Of a DNA stretch of 64,000 nt, positions 63,969-64,000 are shown in pieces. The first letter of the stretch is position 1, and the number at the start of each line of letters is the position of its first letter. The DNA comes from an uncultured Christensenella sp. (GTDB lineage: Bacteria; Bacillota; Clostridia; Christensenellales; CAG-138): NCBI GenBank assembly GCA_964426415.1, contig CAYRQM010000001.1, forward strand, positions 66,803 through 130,802. Direction: 5' to 3'. The position numbers were made by a program, and so were the translations under genes. The notes below the pieces were generated by a model. The model worked only from the letters and a program-made list of their open reading frames with translations. It was not told the origin of the DNA and searched no databases.

Positions 63969-64000
63969 ATGGCGAACTTAGAGATTCTGGAAGGCAACAA
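63969..64000 (+). CDS. 5' end of an unidentified gene (MANLEILEGN...), truncated by the window
   Basis: GAAGGAGAAG RBS 6 nt upstream of the ATG. Only 10 codons are visible. Confidence 0.4.
   Translation, partial: MANLEILEGN

Overview
High-GC, Clostridia-type chromosomal segment. The gene order looks Oscillospiraceae/Ruminococcaceae-like: yybS-gdpP-rplI-dnaB, recJ-relA-dtd-MBL-hemZ-hisS-aspS, rnfCDGEAB, sporulation ylbJ, and a dockerin protein. It is densely packed and mostly housekeeping, with about 58 protein genes. These include six aminoacyl-tRNA synthetases (ileS partial, thrS, glnS, gltX, hisS, aspS), Fe-S assembly (Rrf2-nifS-nifU), pta-ackA, gap, fba, malQ and a complete Rnf complex. 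Two T-box leaders (thrS, hisS-aspS) and several clear intrinsic terminators are readable. I found no rRNA, tRNA, CRISPR array, transposase, integrase or recognisable defence system. Most long ORFs in the six-frame track are mirror-frame artefacts of the high GC content. The items worth a second look are: (1) an orphan 1393-aa RND permease with a ~290-aa coiled-coil stalk inserted in its first external loop; (2) a translationally coupled serine-palmitoyltransferase-like alpha-oxoamine synthase plus classical SDR; (3) an XRE / ImmA-IrrE-type metallopeptidase module whose peptidase is cut by an in-frame TAA and carries a TM helix and a Cys-motif tail; (4) a lower-GC DUF4143-type AAA ATPase behind two tandem 30-nt operator-like repeats; (5) an ~800-nt non-coding, REP-like repeat-dense region next to gap; (6) two well-signalled small ORFs below the track cutoff, one 55 aa and about 29% Asn, the other a 47-aa membrane peptide after nifU. 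None of these is demonstrably a new system from sequence alone, and each needs the stated checks.
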